The notes under the pieces were generated by a model that did not search any database, was not told the origin of the DNA, and worked only from the letters and a program-made list of their open reading frames with translations. Of a stretch of 64,000 nt of DNA, positions 47,331-61,114 are shown in pieces. A program made the position numbers and the translations under genes. The DNA comes from Phoronis australis. Lineage: Eukaryota; Animalia; Phoronida. The DNA is taken from the NCBI GenBank assembly GCA_002633005.1, contig NMRA01000997.1:11260-75259 (forward strand), read 5' to 3'. Position 1 is the first letter of the stretch; every line of letters starts with the position of its first letter.

Positions 47331-48685
47331 TCAGTACCACAATATTGTAATCCACTCTGATGCACCCTCATACATAGTCTTAGACCATTCTATTATTTCA
47401 TAGTGACATGCCAGTACAGGGTTACCTCCACACTCTCCCACTATCGTCACTAATAATTACAAGTCAGTTGCTAATCTGTAGAATAGCTCATAATTTATAT
47501 AACGTATTAAAATTGACTTTATCATCCCCCATCAGTAGTCAAAGTTGCAAAATGTCATGACAAAATAAGTAAGGGTTACTGAACAGTGATCAAAATATTC
47601 ACTATCCACACAACGTAATAGCAAATTGAACTAAAAAGACTTGGATGACAAGACCATCGTTCCTTTTATCAATAACAGTAAATTTTTCAGGTAGGTTACC
47701 GCCTGATCACGAGATCATATCTGTTACCTAGCAACAAGTGGGGCTTATATTAATCACAATCTCCAAAAACGTACAAAATAAGCAACACATATACCATGAT
47801 AACAAGGTCTGACAAATCTTCTTACTCCCTATTAATTTATGAGTAAACAACAACTCTTTTCGAATAAGCAATGCATTATAACAAAGCTGAATAAAATTTA
47901 CACACAGAGGTGTTTGTCATCTTGAAGCAAACTGATGCTGAATCCTTAGCTCAGCAAAGGTGGGAAAGACAAACATGACCTCTGCAAATAACACTGTTTT
48001 GGGTTCAGTGTAGAGAATACAAGAGCAGACCGAATGTATTTCATTCTCTAAGCATGCGACAGTACAAAAATCCCTCAAACGCTCCTCAATTCGAGTAAAA
48101 ACACCAAAACGTCCAGTTTACACTTTCAGCGGCAAGACTCCACATCTAAATTGAGAACATACTGACTTTTTTCTCTAGAAATGTTAATTTCTAAATAAAA
48201 TTCTGTTTGATAGTTTATTTGGTTTGATAAAAAATTCAGTTTCTCTTTGGCTCCAAATCATGATTACACATCGACACTACTACTCAAATAAAAGTTTCAA
48301 GGGATCATATTTTCACCACATTCTGCATTTGGCATGACATTGGCTTTTCCTTAAAAATCAGGAAGTACTAGGTCAGGGACAAGTCCTTGAGACAGTTGCT
48401 TAGGAGACCCTGAGCAAGGAAAGCCCGGCCTAGAATATCTCGAGTAAAGGAACCAGTAGAAATGATAAGTTACAAGCCAGGTTATCAAACTCTTTGAAAA
48501 AAGAAATGTCAGGTGATAATTTTAAAAGGGTTATTTGACACTGCTTTTGATGGCCGAAATTACAAGGTGTCATCATTTTTGCATCTGGAAATACTCTCAT
48601 GTATGTGGAGACAATTCAGACCAGAAAACAGCAAAATACACGCTCGTGTGGGATTACGAAATAAATGCATGGTGCCAGAATGGAC

Positions 48686-48745
48686 AGAGAGAGGGGGGGG
48701 GGAGGGAGGGAGGGAGGGAGGGAGGGAAGGAGGGAGGGAGAGAGA
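48686..48745. repeat. (GGGA)n/(GA)n microsatellite
   Basis: Directly visible purine tract. Confidence 0.9.
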
Positions 48746-49513
48746 TAGATCTGGTTGTGCCGTATATGCTAGGCCATGCGTAATAGATACAGTTTTTTAA
48801 AATAGTGTTGTATGAAACAAAATTCCACATTAATTTACAATGTAGGAACTCGAAAGAAATATTGTTTGTGATGCATCCGTTCCTGCTTTGAGAACTTGTG
48901 TAAAAGAACTTATGAAACGGGTGTGACATCCTCTGATCTTTACTGATGCAACTGTTACAGACTATACACTTTTTTGATGCTTACGACCAATAATCGTGCT
49001 GTCACCCAGTGCTAATGCATCGGTTTGCGACAATCTTCAAAGTTAAAGGCAGGATTCAACTAAAATTTCATACTCCCCTGTTACAGATTGGACATTATCA
49101 AGTCCTTGGTGGGTGTCGCGTAATTCGCTGAAAACGTAGGTCACGCTTGCACGATTTGAAGATTTTGAAATGTCGAGTTTTCGAACTTTCCTCCAAACTT
49201 TTGATGATTGTGGAGGCTTACAGAGCGTTGTTTTTTTTTCAGAGAACTGGGTGGTAAACTCGTTTAATATCAGTCAATAGGGATAAACAGGGTTTGGTGG
49301 CCTTTTAATCTAACGGAATCTGAGAGACCTCAGTTGTGGGTGACCCATCGGCAGGAAACGATATCTATGTCGGCACAAGGAGTTGCACACAGTGGTGCAG
49401 TTGCTAGCTGTTGCCGCGAGGACATTGCATGTTTCGTGTAACGGAGGTCAAGTATGAAGCAGGCAATTTGCCATGTTGGTACACTGTCGTCGCTAGTTGG
49501 CGCTACGTCGTTC

Positions 49514-51480
49514 GTCCATTGTGCAAACAGATACACCAGGCCGCAGGAGTTCTATTCTTTTTACTCGAAATTGAACTCAAAATTATGTTTGGCATTTTCT
49601 ACTTTTCTTTTTCTGCGAACTCAAGATAAGCGTGTATTATTCTATGATCGAATACATCATGACATACGTGGACAATGTTTGTCCCACTTTGCAGTTGATA
49701 AACCCAACATCAGGCTAAAAGTACGAGTTTGAATTCCAAATCTTCGAATTTTCACTCGAGTTTGTATCACGAATGTAAGGGTCATCAAGTGCAAACTTGG
49801 ACTAGAAACTCATATGCATCAATTATAATGTATTCGAACACAGTCTAATAACCACTTATGTTGAGTTCGCTCTAAAGTAGCAGAGAAATTCCCAAAAATG
49901 ATTTCGAGTTCGTTTCTAGTACAAAGATTAGATTCTGGGCCCAGATCTCTCATCAGAATAAAGACGTAAAAAAGAAACTGACGAAAGTGGAAAAACTTTC
50001 GTTAAGAGAATCAAACTTATGCTATAAGAACTGTGATCATGAGAAAAAATGAATGTCTGAGATTTTGGAAAAAAACGTATGACTGTTGATTCCCAAAGAA
50101 ATATGTGTTTTGACTAGGTCTGAAATGTTGACACTTTTATAGCATAAAGTATTAACGTTTGTGAATTAGTATCGCCGGGTATGTAAATCAGGGTATTGAA
50201 TGAGCAGTCAATTGCAACTCACATATCACATGAGAATGAAATCCTAATTATCATCAAGATATAACACAAATCCGAAATCGTACAAGATGCCACAATCAGT
50301 CATGAAGATGTTAAATCTCATGAGTCAATAATGGCAAGGGTAATAACAATTTTTCAAATAATCAAATTCAATAACGATAAAAATTCCATAATATCAGGAA
50401 GAGATAACCAGGAAGGGACAACTAGCTAAACCGCCGTTTTTGGCCTCCTTCCCCGGACTAATTTTAGGACTTAAGTTTCGTTTAAAAGGAAACAGATGAT
50501 TTCATCAGAGAGATTAAAGCTTTTTCTATAGAAGGATGTCAAAAAACTCAGTTTGCAACCTTAAACAGTGGTGTAATTGTACTTTGAAAATATCGACTTC
50601 AGCGCANGTCCATTGTGCAAACAGATACACCAGGCCGCAGGAGTTCTATTCTTTTTACTCGAAATTGAACTCAAAATTATGTTTGGCATTTTCTACTTTT
50701 CTTTTTGTGCGAACTCAAGATGAGCGTCTATTATTATATGATCGAATACATCATGACATACGTGGACAATTTTTGTCCCAGTTTGCAGTTGATAAACCCA
50801 ACATCAGGCTAAAAGTACGAGTTTGAATTCGTAATTTGGAGTTTTCACTCGAGTTTGTATCACGAATGTAAGGGTCATCAAGTGCAAACTTGGACTAGAA
50901 ACTCATATGCGTAAACTATAATGTATTCGAGCAGTCTAATAACCGCTTATCTTGAGTTCACTCTAAAGTAGCAGAGAAATTCCCAAAAATTATTTCGAAT
51001 TCGTTTCGAGTACAAAGATTAGAGACCGGGCCCTGATCTCACATCAGAATAAAGACGTAAAAAAGAAACTGACGAAAGTGGAAAAACTTTCGTTAAAAGA
51101 ATCAAACTTATGCTATAAGAACTGTGATCATGAAAAAAAATGAATGTCTGAGATTTTGGAAAAAAAACGTATAACTGTTGATTCCCAAAGAAATATGTGT
51201 TTTGACTAGGTCTGAAATGTTGACACTTTTATAGTTTATAGCATAAACGTTTGTGAATTAGTATAGCCGGGTATGTAAATCAGGGTATTGAATGAGCAGT
51301 CAATTGCAACTCACATATCACATGAGAATGAAATCGTAATTATCGTCAAGATATAACCAAATATCCGAAATCGTACAGAATGCCACAAACAGTCATGAAG
51401 ATGTTAAATCTCATGAGTCAATAATGCCACGGGTAATGACAATAATTTTTCAAATAATCAAATGCAATAACAATAAAAAT
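49514..51480. repeat. ~0.87-kb direct duplication across a single-N join (49514-50385 vs 50608-51480)
   Basis: gtccattgtgcaaacagatacaccagg restarts immediately after the n at 50607. Confidence 0.9.
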
Positions 51481-51516
51481 GCCCATAAAATGGACTACTT
51501 TAAAAAAGACATTAAA

Positions 51517-53450
51517 TCAGGGTTTGAACAAGTAGTCCATTGCTAACTCACATACCATATGATTACAAAAATGGCTAAGTTCGTATGCGTAGATTCCAGA
51601 AACACTGATTGAGATAATTAATCTCGTGAAACAAAGGTTTTTAAAATAATCATACGCGCCAACCATAAAACTACCCGTAAAACAGCCTGCAAAAAAGCCT
51701 CCGAGGCACGCCTTTTGAAATTGACTGAACTTTTGACTGTTCAACCAAAAAAATAAACTGTCTCTTTGTTTTTCTTGGTAATAAAAGATTCCACAGAACA
51801 CCCCAAAATACCGAGGCTCTTTTGTTTTGGTGGCCCACATGTTGTCAAGATGTCGGACAAACTTGTTAAAAGCATTTTCCAACGATAGCATTAGAATATC
51901 TATTATACCTTCTACTTATTGATTGCAGGTATAGAATCTCTGCAGTAAAAACGGGATTACCAATTTGAAATTTGTGCAGAATGTAGTTGACGAAAGGGAC
52001 TACTGTACAGAAATATCTAGAGCACCAATTTGCTTTCTTGAACGAAAAATACATTTTCAGGTCGATCCCAGACGCCCTGTGGTTGCACGCTCATGAATTC
52101 ATTTTGCCGCGACTTGTTGGTGTACATCATAAGTGTGTTACTATGGATATTGCAACTTCTAGCTTGTGTCCTGATTGCTCTACAATAATTCCCTCTTTGA
52201 CCATTTCATCCATAATGTCCCACGGAGTACTGCTGTTCAGAGAATAAACATTTTAAACAAACTGATTACGAGGCTAGGTAACCTGAACTCCCCTTCTTTA
52301 ATGTCAAAGACATCCCCATCGCGAACAAAACTCAGGTGTGGTAAGTATCTCTTCACCATGTCCATCATGTCATTTTGCTCCTGCATGTTTCGTCAAATTT
52401 CGTCAAATTTCGTCAAATTTCGTCTGTGGGAGCTCTGATTAACTCTATTACTTTCCTCGTTGGTCTATTAGGACGACCAAGCAGTGGGTGGCAGGCATAT
52501 GTCGCTGCGCTGACGAACTGGAAACCGCGGGAAGACACTATGTGTTCGAACCAGTTTCCTCTAGGTTTGTCGTTGTCGTTCAGTAATTTAATTTGTATCG
52601 GTTTCAAAACAGTTTTTATTAAATTCAAAACAAAATTCCTAAAATATTCAATGTTGCTTTCATCTTCAACCAGAATGCACCACTCAATGTCGGAATACGT
52701 TGTCGTTTCACTTCAAGCCACAGAACCTAACCCTAAAACTGGAAACTGGTGGTCCCACTATCCGTAGTGATGTAGAAATCAGACACCAGAAAAGTTTCTC
52801 ATTTGGTGAATAAAGTCTTCGAACTGTTGTCTTGTCTCACGAACTTATTCTTTTTAAATGTCTATTCGCTCGTTGTCTGACAATTTGCACTAGATATAGC
52901 CTGAATTTCAGCCATTAGCACATTTGCGCTGCAAGATGTCGTCTCTCTGATAATAATTAGATTAAATTGAACTTCGAAAATGTAAAATAAAGTGTTTTTT
53001 TTCGTATTTTATTAACATCTCGCAAAAGGCAACTTCATTTCTTTTTATGGCCACTTCAACTTTCTCAATGTTCTTTGATCGCTTGGTTCGCAAAATAGCA
53101 GCATTGTAGAGCGCAGATGCTTCAATGAAATCTCCATGGGAGCTTTGTCATCGTAGCCCTCTTTGCACAAATGTCGCCCATTCTTTCCAAATCGTCTCTC
53201 GATCCATTTAACAGAGTCTCAGGAAGGAGTTCTTCTTCCATCGCCAGGTCTGTCAGCCTCTTCTCTACAAAATGTTGTCAGTCCATCAACAGATAACTTG
53301 CACAAAAGTTTGTTTTAAATCGTTATACATTCTTAAGAAATTAATTTCATACATAATAATGTTTAAGTCGACGCAACGATTTCTCCAGTCCAGTGAGTCT
53401 TAATCCATGTTGTGCACCAACACAACATACGTTTCAAATCTTTTCATTCT
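51517..53450 (-). pseudogene. Intronless GlnD/DUF294-like (pol-beta superfamily) nucleotidyltransferase gene, decayed
   Basis: GDICAKRA..DFIEASALYNAAILR, then GPP..VLGLGSVA*SETTTYSDIEWCILVE (hGS..DxE NTase motif), GFQF...YACHPLLGR...IELIRAP, FDIKEGEFRLP and PWDIMDEMVKEGII..HKLEVAISI. Multiple frameshifts and stops. Confidence 0.75.
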
Positions 53451-53960
53451 GATGACAGAAAATGATTCTATCTATGGTGACCATTATTGCGGTAAAACAA
53501 CACTGTAATTTTAAATTTTCAACATTTGTTTACAAGCATCGTTTCCGTATGTTTCAAAATTCTGTAAACGCGACGTCGTTCTCAATCATATACAATTTTT
53601 AGCTTTGATTTGTCATCAGAGTAGCATCCCGGCTCAGATCGACGACATTTTCCAATTTGGGTGTGAGGGTCGCTTTGGTAATATCTTCCTGTTGTTATGC
53701 ATGTCGCATATTCGAGATATGAAACATCCATCAGGGCATCCGGAACGCGTCATCCCGCAGGCCCGTAGCCAGGGGGCTTCGGGGGAGAGAGGGTTCAATC
53801 GAATCCCCACGCGGAAAAAGTCCACCTCCAGCCTACTGCCATGGGGGCGCATCATGGCTGGCTGGTCCTCTTAATTCAATGGTGCACACTCCATGATCCA
53901 TTAAAGATAGGATATAGATGGACAACAACAACCACGTTTGTTGCAACTACAGGTACTAGC

Positions 53961-54270
53961 CAGTGGCAGATTTAGGGGGGACAAGGGGGCCATGGTCCCC
54001 CTAAAATTCTCACACATTCCATTTGGCAGTTCGGGGTGCGCATTGCTGACTGTCATATGCACGCACCCAGGGGGGCTCCGGGACGGAATGCACAATGCAT
54101 AGCTTTGAACAAACCCCGTTTCCCGTTTTTTGTTAGTAATAAGGTCCACAAACCCAAAAGTTCAAGACCCCCTACATCCGTACATTTTAGGCTGGGTGCG
54201 TGCATGTGGCGAAATTCTGGTCATTCCTGTGTCCTGGCACCCCTAACTCAAAATCCTGGATCCGCCCCTG
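53961..54270. mobile_element. hAT-type MITE with 5-bp TSD
   Basis: CAGTGGCAGATTTAGG ... CCTGGATCCGCCCCTG with TSD ctagc (53956-53960, 54271-54275). Confidence 0.8.
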
Positions 54271-54981
54271 CTAGCTACGATGATAACTAAGTCAGTAACA
54301 AATTAAAATTTGCTTCCGATTCAAAGCGCTTCACGTAATCAGAGTGCCGTTCCCTGACAACTTCGCCCGAGTGGTGACACACGATCTTGCGGACGAGTAG
54401 AGGAGGCTTTGTATTATTTATTGGCATTGAACGCTGCAGTATCTACACCGTAGGCTAGTAAGGGAGTCTAAAATTGAATGTCTATACCTAGCTAAAATTA
54501 GTGCGTTGTGAATGTCTTAAAATCGACCGAGAAACAGCAGCAAATAGCTATAGCATATATTATCTATTATTTTGGTGTACTTGTTACGGTAAAGTGCGGC
54601 ATTTTCAAATTTCGAATTGACAGTGATCGTCAAATATGTGTTCATCGGGTGTCCACTTTGACTGTGGATTAGTGGATTGACATGCATGCATGTACACATG
54701 TGTGCGTTTATCTTCTTTTCAATTCAGTACACGTCAATGATAAGTTCAGTACACATATAAGAAGTCTTCAGTCCTCGCTCAAACATCAGACATTTCATTA
54801 CTTTTTTCTTGGACTGAGAAAACTCTGACGAGCATGTTCACATTATTAGGAAAAGTAGATCTAGCCCTAAAAAGCGTTGGTTAATGAAGAAAGTCTTTTC
54901 TTGTCAATCAGTCATGATGTGCAACCTTGCAGACTTCATGAGAGCAACAGACGTGATGGAAAAGATTTCCAACGTTACATG

Positions 54982-55871
54982 TCACTATCCCGAAGGTTCA
55001 TTAACCTGAAGGTCCGCTATTCTGAAGATACACTATAACTCTGAATGTTCACTACCTTTGAAAGTTCACTACTTCGAAAGTCCACAATTCGGAAACCAGA
55101 ACTCCGACAATTCATTACTCTAATTGTAAGCTAATAAGCCTGAGCTGACATGAATACAATATTGTATTTGTGTCGAATTAGTAACCATTTAAAGTGAGTG
55201 CAGGAGTTAAATACTTCTTAAAACATTGATTACAATTTTTACAAATGAGCCCAGATACAATTATTATCAATCGTGATTCTTGAATCTGACTAACGATTCG
55301 TTCTCAAGATCAGGACTGTGGCGATCAAAGGCGGTTTTGAATTTGAAGAAGACTGAAAGGGACTTCATGAAGACTGGCAAGGACAGGGTAGCCTACTAAC
55401 TACTCTGATTTAGTTTCGACCGTCCGTGCGCGTGGTTCCGACGGGTGAGCCTGAGGCGCAGCGGCCGTAAATTTTCCAATCGCGCTGTGAAATGATGTGA
55501 TGTTGGCATGGATTTGATGAATGTATCGTGACTGATAATTCATCAATATTCCTACTTCGTATTCTTTTAAAAATGTAAATACGTACTCATTTTTCCGTAT
55601 TCGTACGGCCTTCGGGCAATTTCGCATGCGCATGATATCCACACAAAATGTTTTAGTACCAGAGCGTTTTTTTCGGTAGCCTATAGGTATACAACTCAGT
55701 GCATTTGATAACTGACCAATCGTTTATTTTTGCATTTAAAAGTATAACAATTACACCTGATTCCGAAATTTTATATATTTTCCAAGTAGTGAACCTTCGA
55801 AGTAGTGAACCTTTGGAGTTGTGAACCTTCGCAATAGTGAACCATAGGAATATTGAACCTTCGGAATAGTT
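54982..55871. mobile_element. Element with inverted arrays of ~16-bp subterminal repeats
   Basis: Degenerate (ccgaaggttcactact)n at ~54982-55120 and its reverse complement (agtagtgaaccttcg)n at ~55785-55871. Confidence 0.6.
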
Positions 55872-58800
55872 GATTGTTCCCATTTCCAGCGATGTAAGCA
55901 ACTTAAGCAACACGCAAAACTACAACCAGATAAAAAATTTCGTCCAGTCACTCTGCAACTAAATATTTCCGTCCGAGAATGTAATGAGGCGTAACCACTC
56001 ATTTAAGCACGCCTGATTTGAAAATTTTTCAGGAGGTAACGTGAGAACATTTTCTTCCTGGACCACATTTTATCCGAATTTGTGTCCCGTTCTTTGGGAG
56101 CAACCGTCACGGCATCTTTATTTCTGGTATTACGAATTCCATCTCATCTCAGGAGCATAAAGGTGAGACATTTTGTTGTGTATACAGATTTCCTTTCACC
56201 CTAATTAAGCTGTGTCCATTGCCTTACCGAAAACTCTACAGTGTCGACGTTTGCAAATAGTATCAAAGGTCCACCGTTCCAGAAATTCGAACCACCCCCC
56301 AGGAAATGGCTGGTTATAGGCCTGATCACTCATCCGAAATACCTCAGGTTTTTTCGTAATCTCAAATTTGTGTGCGTGGTCGAATTTCAATCACACTGCA
56401 AGTAATGAGTCAGACTGAAAAACAGGTGACAGAATTTCTACATAGCGTGGGTCTCAGATGGTATTTGTTGGTCCCAAGGAAGCAGGAATTTAGTTTTGCG
56501 GCCCTGGAATAGGAACACTGCACGTTTAACATTTCAAATTAAAGCTCTTTTTCTTACGTAAGAAAACAATGTTTTCAGACATTCCCTTCTCCACTCATAC
56601 AATTCATTTTCTTATCTTCTTGGAAATTATCAACAACTCATTACCTGTAGCCTCTCCTTGAGATGGAGGTGAGAAAGTTGTAGATGATGTCACCACGGCA
56701 GCGACATAACAACAAGCCAGGGAAAGGTACATACAGCAGCAAGTGCTCCTTTGCCAAATTCTCAGCGAAAACATTTAAAATTCGTTTAGATGTGTGGTCG
56801 TTTCGTAAAATCCACTAGTAGCAGCCCTGACTCTTCAATGGTGAGTAAAATTCCATTACAGATCGTATTGATATTCAACTATAAAATCGATGAGAGCAGT
56901 AATCAGATCTGCACAGACAAAATGAAACAATAAACGTGTCCAAAAACTATGATCACCTTGAAACAAAAGACAGTGCAAAATTAGCGTTTCGGAGAATCTT
57001 ACGCGAGTCTCAGGTCTGAGACATGGGCAAAACCGCTTGGAAATTTCGTCAAAATCCTGTAGGATTTATTTTATCATATGAACCCTTTTTAATTTTTATT
57101 TGAAAAAACATCGCAAACAATTATTTTCGTAGGGTTCCCAATCTTTCTTATTTGCTTCAGTTTAAGATGAATACGATTCTTTTGTCTAAAAATGTTCCTA
57201 GAGTTTAGTTGCAACAAAGCTGTTTTTCCAAAATCCTAATTCTGCCGGCGTTCGCTGGATATCATCGAAATAGAATGGATTTTTAACAGATACGATTTTA
57301 TTTTAATTTTTACACGCTTAATTTACGTGCATCTATTTATTTCGAACTCCAAATAAACTTCGCATTCTAAGAGATGACCAGTTTTTGCAGGAGTTCGCAG
57401 AAACTACATTTTCACAGTCAATATAATTAAAACGTTGCCTTTTTGAAATATCAAAGTAAAAATCGACTGTCAATAAAAGTATAAAATGTCTGAAGCTATT
57501 AGTTGAGACAAATCTATTCAAGTCATTCTGGTGGAAATGTCGTTTTTTAAAGTATACGTTGATAGCCGTTTCGAAAGCATTTATCAAACTTCTTGTATAA
57601 AACTTTTGATCAAATTGCTTGAAACTGGCCTGGGATTTTCCATAACGTTCATCAATGTTTTTCTTAATCGTGAAGTTACGTTCAGCGTTGATGAACACTT
57701 CTTACAAGTTCAACTAGACGGACGAGTCAAGTTACTAAATTTTCGAAAGCAGAGTACCACTAACAAAGCGAAAATGGAAGCTCAAGGGTTTCTCAGCAAA
57801 TAAGATTTTAAAATCAAGATAAAATACAGCATTAGTAGAAATTTTCTCGGTCATAAAACGGACGTTTTTGTACCTTCTCTGTTGTATATGCTCCATTAGC
57901 CTAAACATTCGAAGCTGTGGCAATATCCGGACTTAGTAGGGACCTTTGGCAATTACAATTACCCTTTAGCTACGACTGCCCCTTCCTAGGTCACCATTAG
58001 TCTGAGGAGCCCCAGCAGCAACAAAACCGTGTCTCAATTGTCATTGCGCCTCATTGTCACTATCCAACGATTTCCGTTTGAGACATCCTTTGTGACGACA
58101 AGACGAGGCTCCTGTTTCGTGCGAGGCCCCACTAAGCTGCAGCATTTTACACTAATGGATGGCCCATCATCCGGGTACAACAAATTTTAAATAGCCTCTT
58201 GCTGTATGAACGTGATGAAGGTCCCTAATCAATGCAACTTGTCATGGTTAATCCGGCACTTAAGACAAATCTAAAATTTTACACGATTTGTTCATTGAAA
58301 CAGAGTATGGCCGAATCGGAAGTCTCGTTCACGACCTTTGACCTGCCGGTACTGCCTACAGAGACAAAGCTGTACACTACACTCTTTCACAGTGCAACGA
58401 AAGGTAATTTTTAGCACAGGTGGCGCTGTGTCAGATTGTAAGTTGTACGCAAGGAATCTTCTGGTTTGTGCACACAGCACCTTATTCTCGTCTGTGGTAA
58501 AGGAGAATTAATTGCAGCTTTGAAATAGAAGCTGAATCACAAATCTTTTTGTAATGATAGACAAACCGAGGTTTGCATTGTGGTATTATTGCCCACGGTC
58601 GCCTAAAACCCGGTCTTGCTAAGTGGCCAGGGCACTGACATGAAAGTGATGAAGAAAGATTACCGAAAATAGGCTAATTATTTTCATCGTCGCCAAGTTA
58701 AAGATTTCTAATGTTTGCCTGTGACTTGACGACATTGGATCCTACAACGGAAGTTTTGCAATATAAGCACTGAACGTTGTGTTTTGTAATTGTGAGAGCG

Positions 58801-59684
58801 TAACAATAACTTGATCATAAACCCCTGTTTCACATGTGCTGTTGCAATTAATTTGTGGTTAATTTTCTGTTCTGTCATGGATTTTAACATTTTTTTCTTG
58901 TTGATGATGTATTTTGTCCTTTCCGTTGTGTCCTAGAGATTGTCTCGGCTGAGGCATTGTCACGGATTGTCGGCCCGGCATACAGGGGCAGGAAGGCGAC
59001 TAGTCAGGGGATGTGAATTTTAGTCAATATTGGTGACTGCATGCAGATGTTGGGACGGCCAACGGACTCGTTTGGGAAGCCTATGGAACTGTTAATGACT
59101 GCAAACTAGGAAGAACACCATTTTCGTTAGTACCAGTCGACAATACGTACGCGTTTAGTTTTTTTTACGTGATCACTTCAATGTATTATCTTACTTAGAT
59201 CCGGTCAGGCTTCCTCAAGCGGGTTTTTGACGTAAAACCTGACATTATGCTAGTTGTAAATTTATAACATGAAAAACAATACCATGAGACCATTTCAGCT
59301 TTTAATAATTGGTTTTCTTCCTTGAGCTAACTCACAAACTGATGGTCTTGTCGCCTAAACACGTACTATACAGGAACGGCGACCGTCAAAGGGCACCACC
59401 TGACGGCGATGCAATAACCCGGGAGAGCTTGATTTCTGAGATGTACATAATTATTAATTTTTGAATTTGACTGCAGTTATTTGCGATAGAAGCATCGGTA
59501 GCAAGCGGGTTGGCTCGGATTCCTGCTGTGGTTATAGTTGGTACAATGAATCTCGCTTTCCTTGCACCTGCAAGGAGTTGTGTAGGCTATAACTCGATTT
59601 CCGAGTTCTTTCTTTGATCACACATTTGGAAAATCGCCAGAGCAATATGAGTCATTGATATGAATAAACGCGCGTGACGCTGTT

Positions 59685-59781
59685 AGCGCAGACAACGAAG
59701 GTATTTGATAGCAGTCGGACGTGTCGACCGAGCTCTCTGTTCAGCGTTAGGCGGGAAACTGCCGACACTCGTTTTGTTTCA
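59685..59781 (+). other. Putative non-coding first exon of TRIM copy 2 (intron 59782-61111)
   Basis: CA|GTAAGT donor and ctgtctgcag acceptor. ATG lies 3 nt into exon 2. Confidence 0.6.
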
Positions 59782-61114
59782 GTAAGTTTACGCTATCACT
59801 AATCTGAAATGAAAGTTTGTAAAGATTAAGTTTGAATCATGTTATCATCCACGATACTGTTTTAAGCCGCACCGATCTTGAGACTTCTATTTTGGAATCG
59901 ACTGAGGAACAATGTTGCAGAGGAACGCGTACGCGTTGCCCCCAGGTGTTGTATAGGCCTATGTACGGCTATATAGAAATGTTTGTTGAAGAATGCTGTC
60001 AAGTTTTTTGAAAAGTAGAATGTTCCTTTCAGAGTTGTATTTCGTTAATAACAATGTCTTTTGATAAACGAAGTAAGAGTGTGAATTTCATGTGTTTCGT
60101 CTTTCTACATGGGTCATGGTAGTCCCTATTAATTTTGTACTTTAATAAGTAACTAGTAGGCCTACTTGTGACAACTTGTGTTAATGTTGTTTTCTTGTCT
60201 TATTTTCCTGTACCGATGCATAGTAAACATTTTATTTAGTTGCTTACTTTCTAAGCCTTATTACAAACTAGCTAGCCTTGGTGTAAAGCTGTTTGTCTTC
60301 ATAGTGCTAGTTGTCTTGGTGGTTAGACGTAACTTGGTGTTCATTTCCTTCCAACTCAAACACTTTTTCAAATCCAAGGAACATCACAGAGTACCTCAGA
60401 AGTGACTGAGCAAATTAAAGATATTACACTTTCTGCTCTGTTCTCCAAAATACTGTTAGGTATTGATTTAAAACGTTCCACTTTTGCATCAGGGACTGTC
60501 AAAAAGCAGACTGATTTTTGTGAAAAAATCACAGTTGCATCAAATGAAAAGGAAATGATAATTTAGAAAATAACTATGACAAAGATTTTGAGATTTTATT
60601 TGTAGCATTTATATCATACTAAATTGAATCATGTAATTGATCTCGTGATTTTGCTTTGAATGTACTTTCCTCTTGTTCAAAATTTTACGATAAAAGCATA
60701 CTAATCACTTGAGCTTATTAATGGGAGGTTGGCTTAAAGTCAGCTACTAACTTCAATTTAAATTCTGCTTTCAGAAAATATGTACTTTCGCTGAGAGTTA
60801 AATTTTACAGTTTTACAGATATTTGGCTATATGTACAGATTTGTAAATAAGGACCTATATAACCTTATTATGGTTGTTGTTAAATGTTAATAAGAACGAA
60901 TACAATCAACAGTCAATGTTTTACTCACAGCCGTTGAATTTGCATTAACTTGCCTAGGACTGTTTTAGTTCCATGTACCAGGAAGTGAATGACTTTTGAT
61001 AATGATATGCCCCAGTTTAATGTCTTTTTGTTATCTAAGGTTAGTTCATTGAAAAACACCGTTTGAAGCTGAAATATGTCTTGAGTGATTATAATTATTT
61101 TCTGTCTGCAGGAC

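Noticed and set aside
49514-51480. Direct repeat considered as a possible LTR pair
   Set aside because: The second copy begins at a single-N join with no PBS, PPT or internal ORF; likely an assembly or haplotype artefact.
54982-55120. CRISPR-like array
   Set aside because: The repeats are adjacent and degenerate with no unique spacers, the context is eukaryotic and there are no cas genes.
56000-57950. Possible decayed transposase upstream of TRIM copy 2 (partly duplicated at 1-780)
   Set aside because: No diagnostic motif could be read with confidence.
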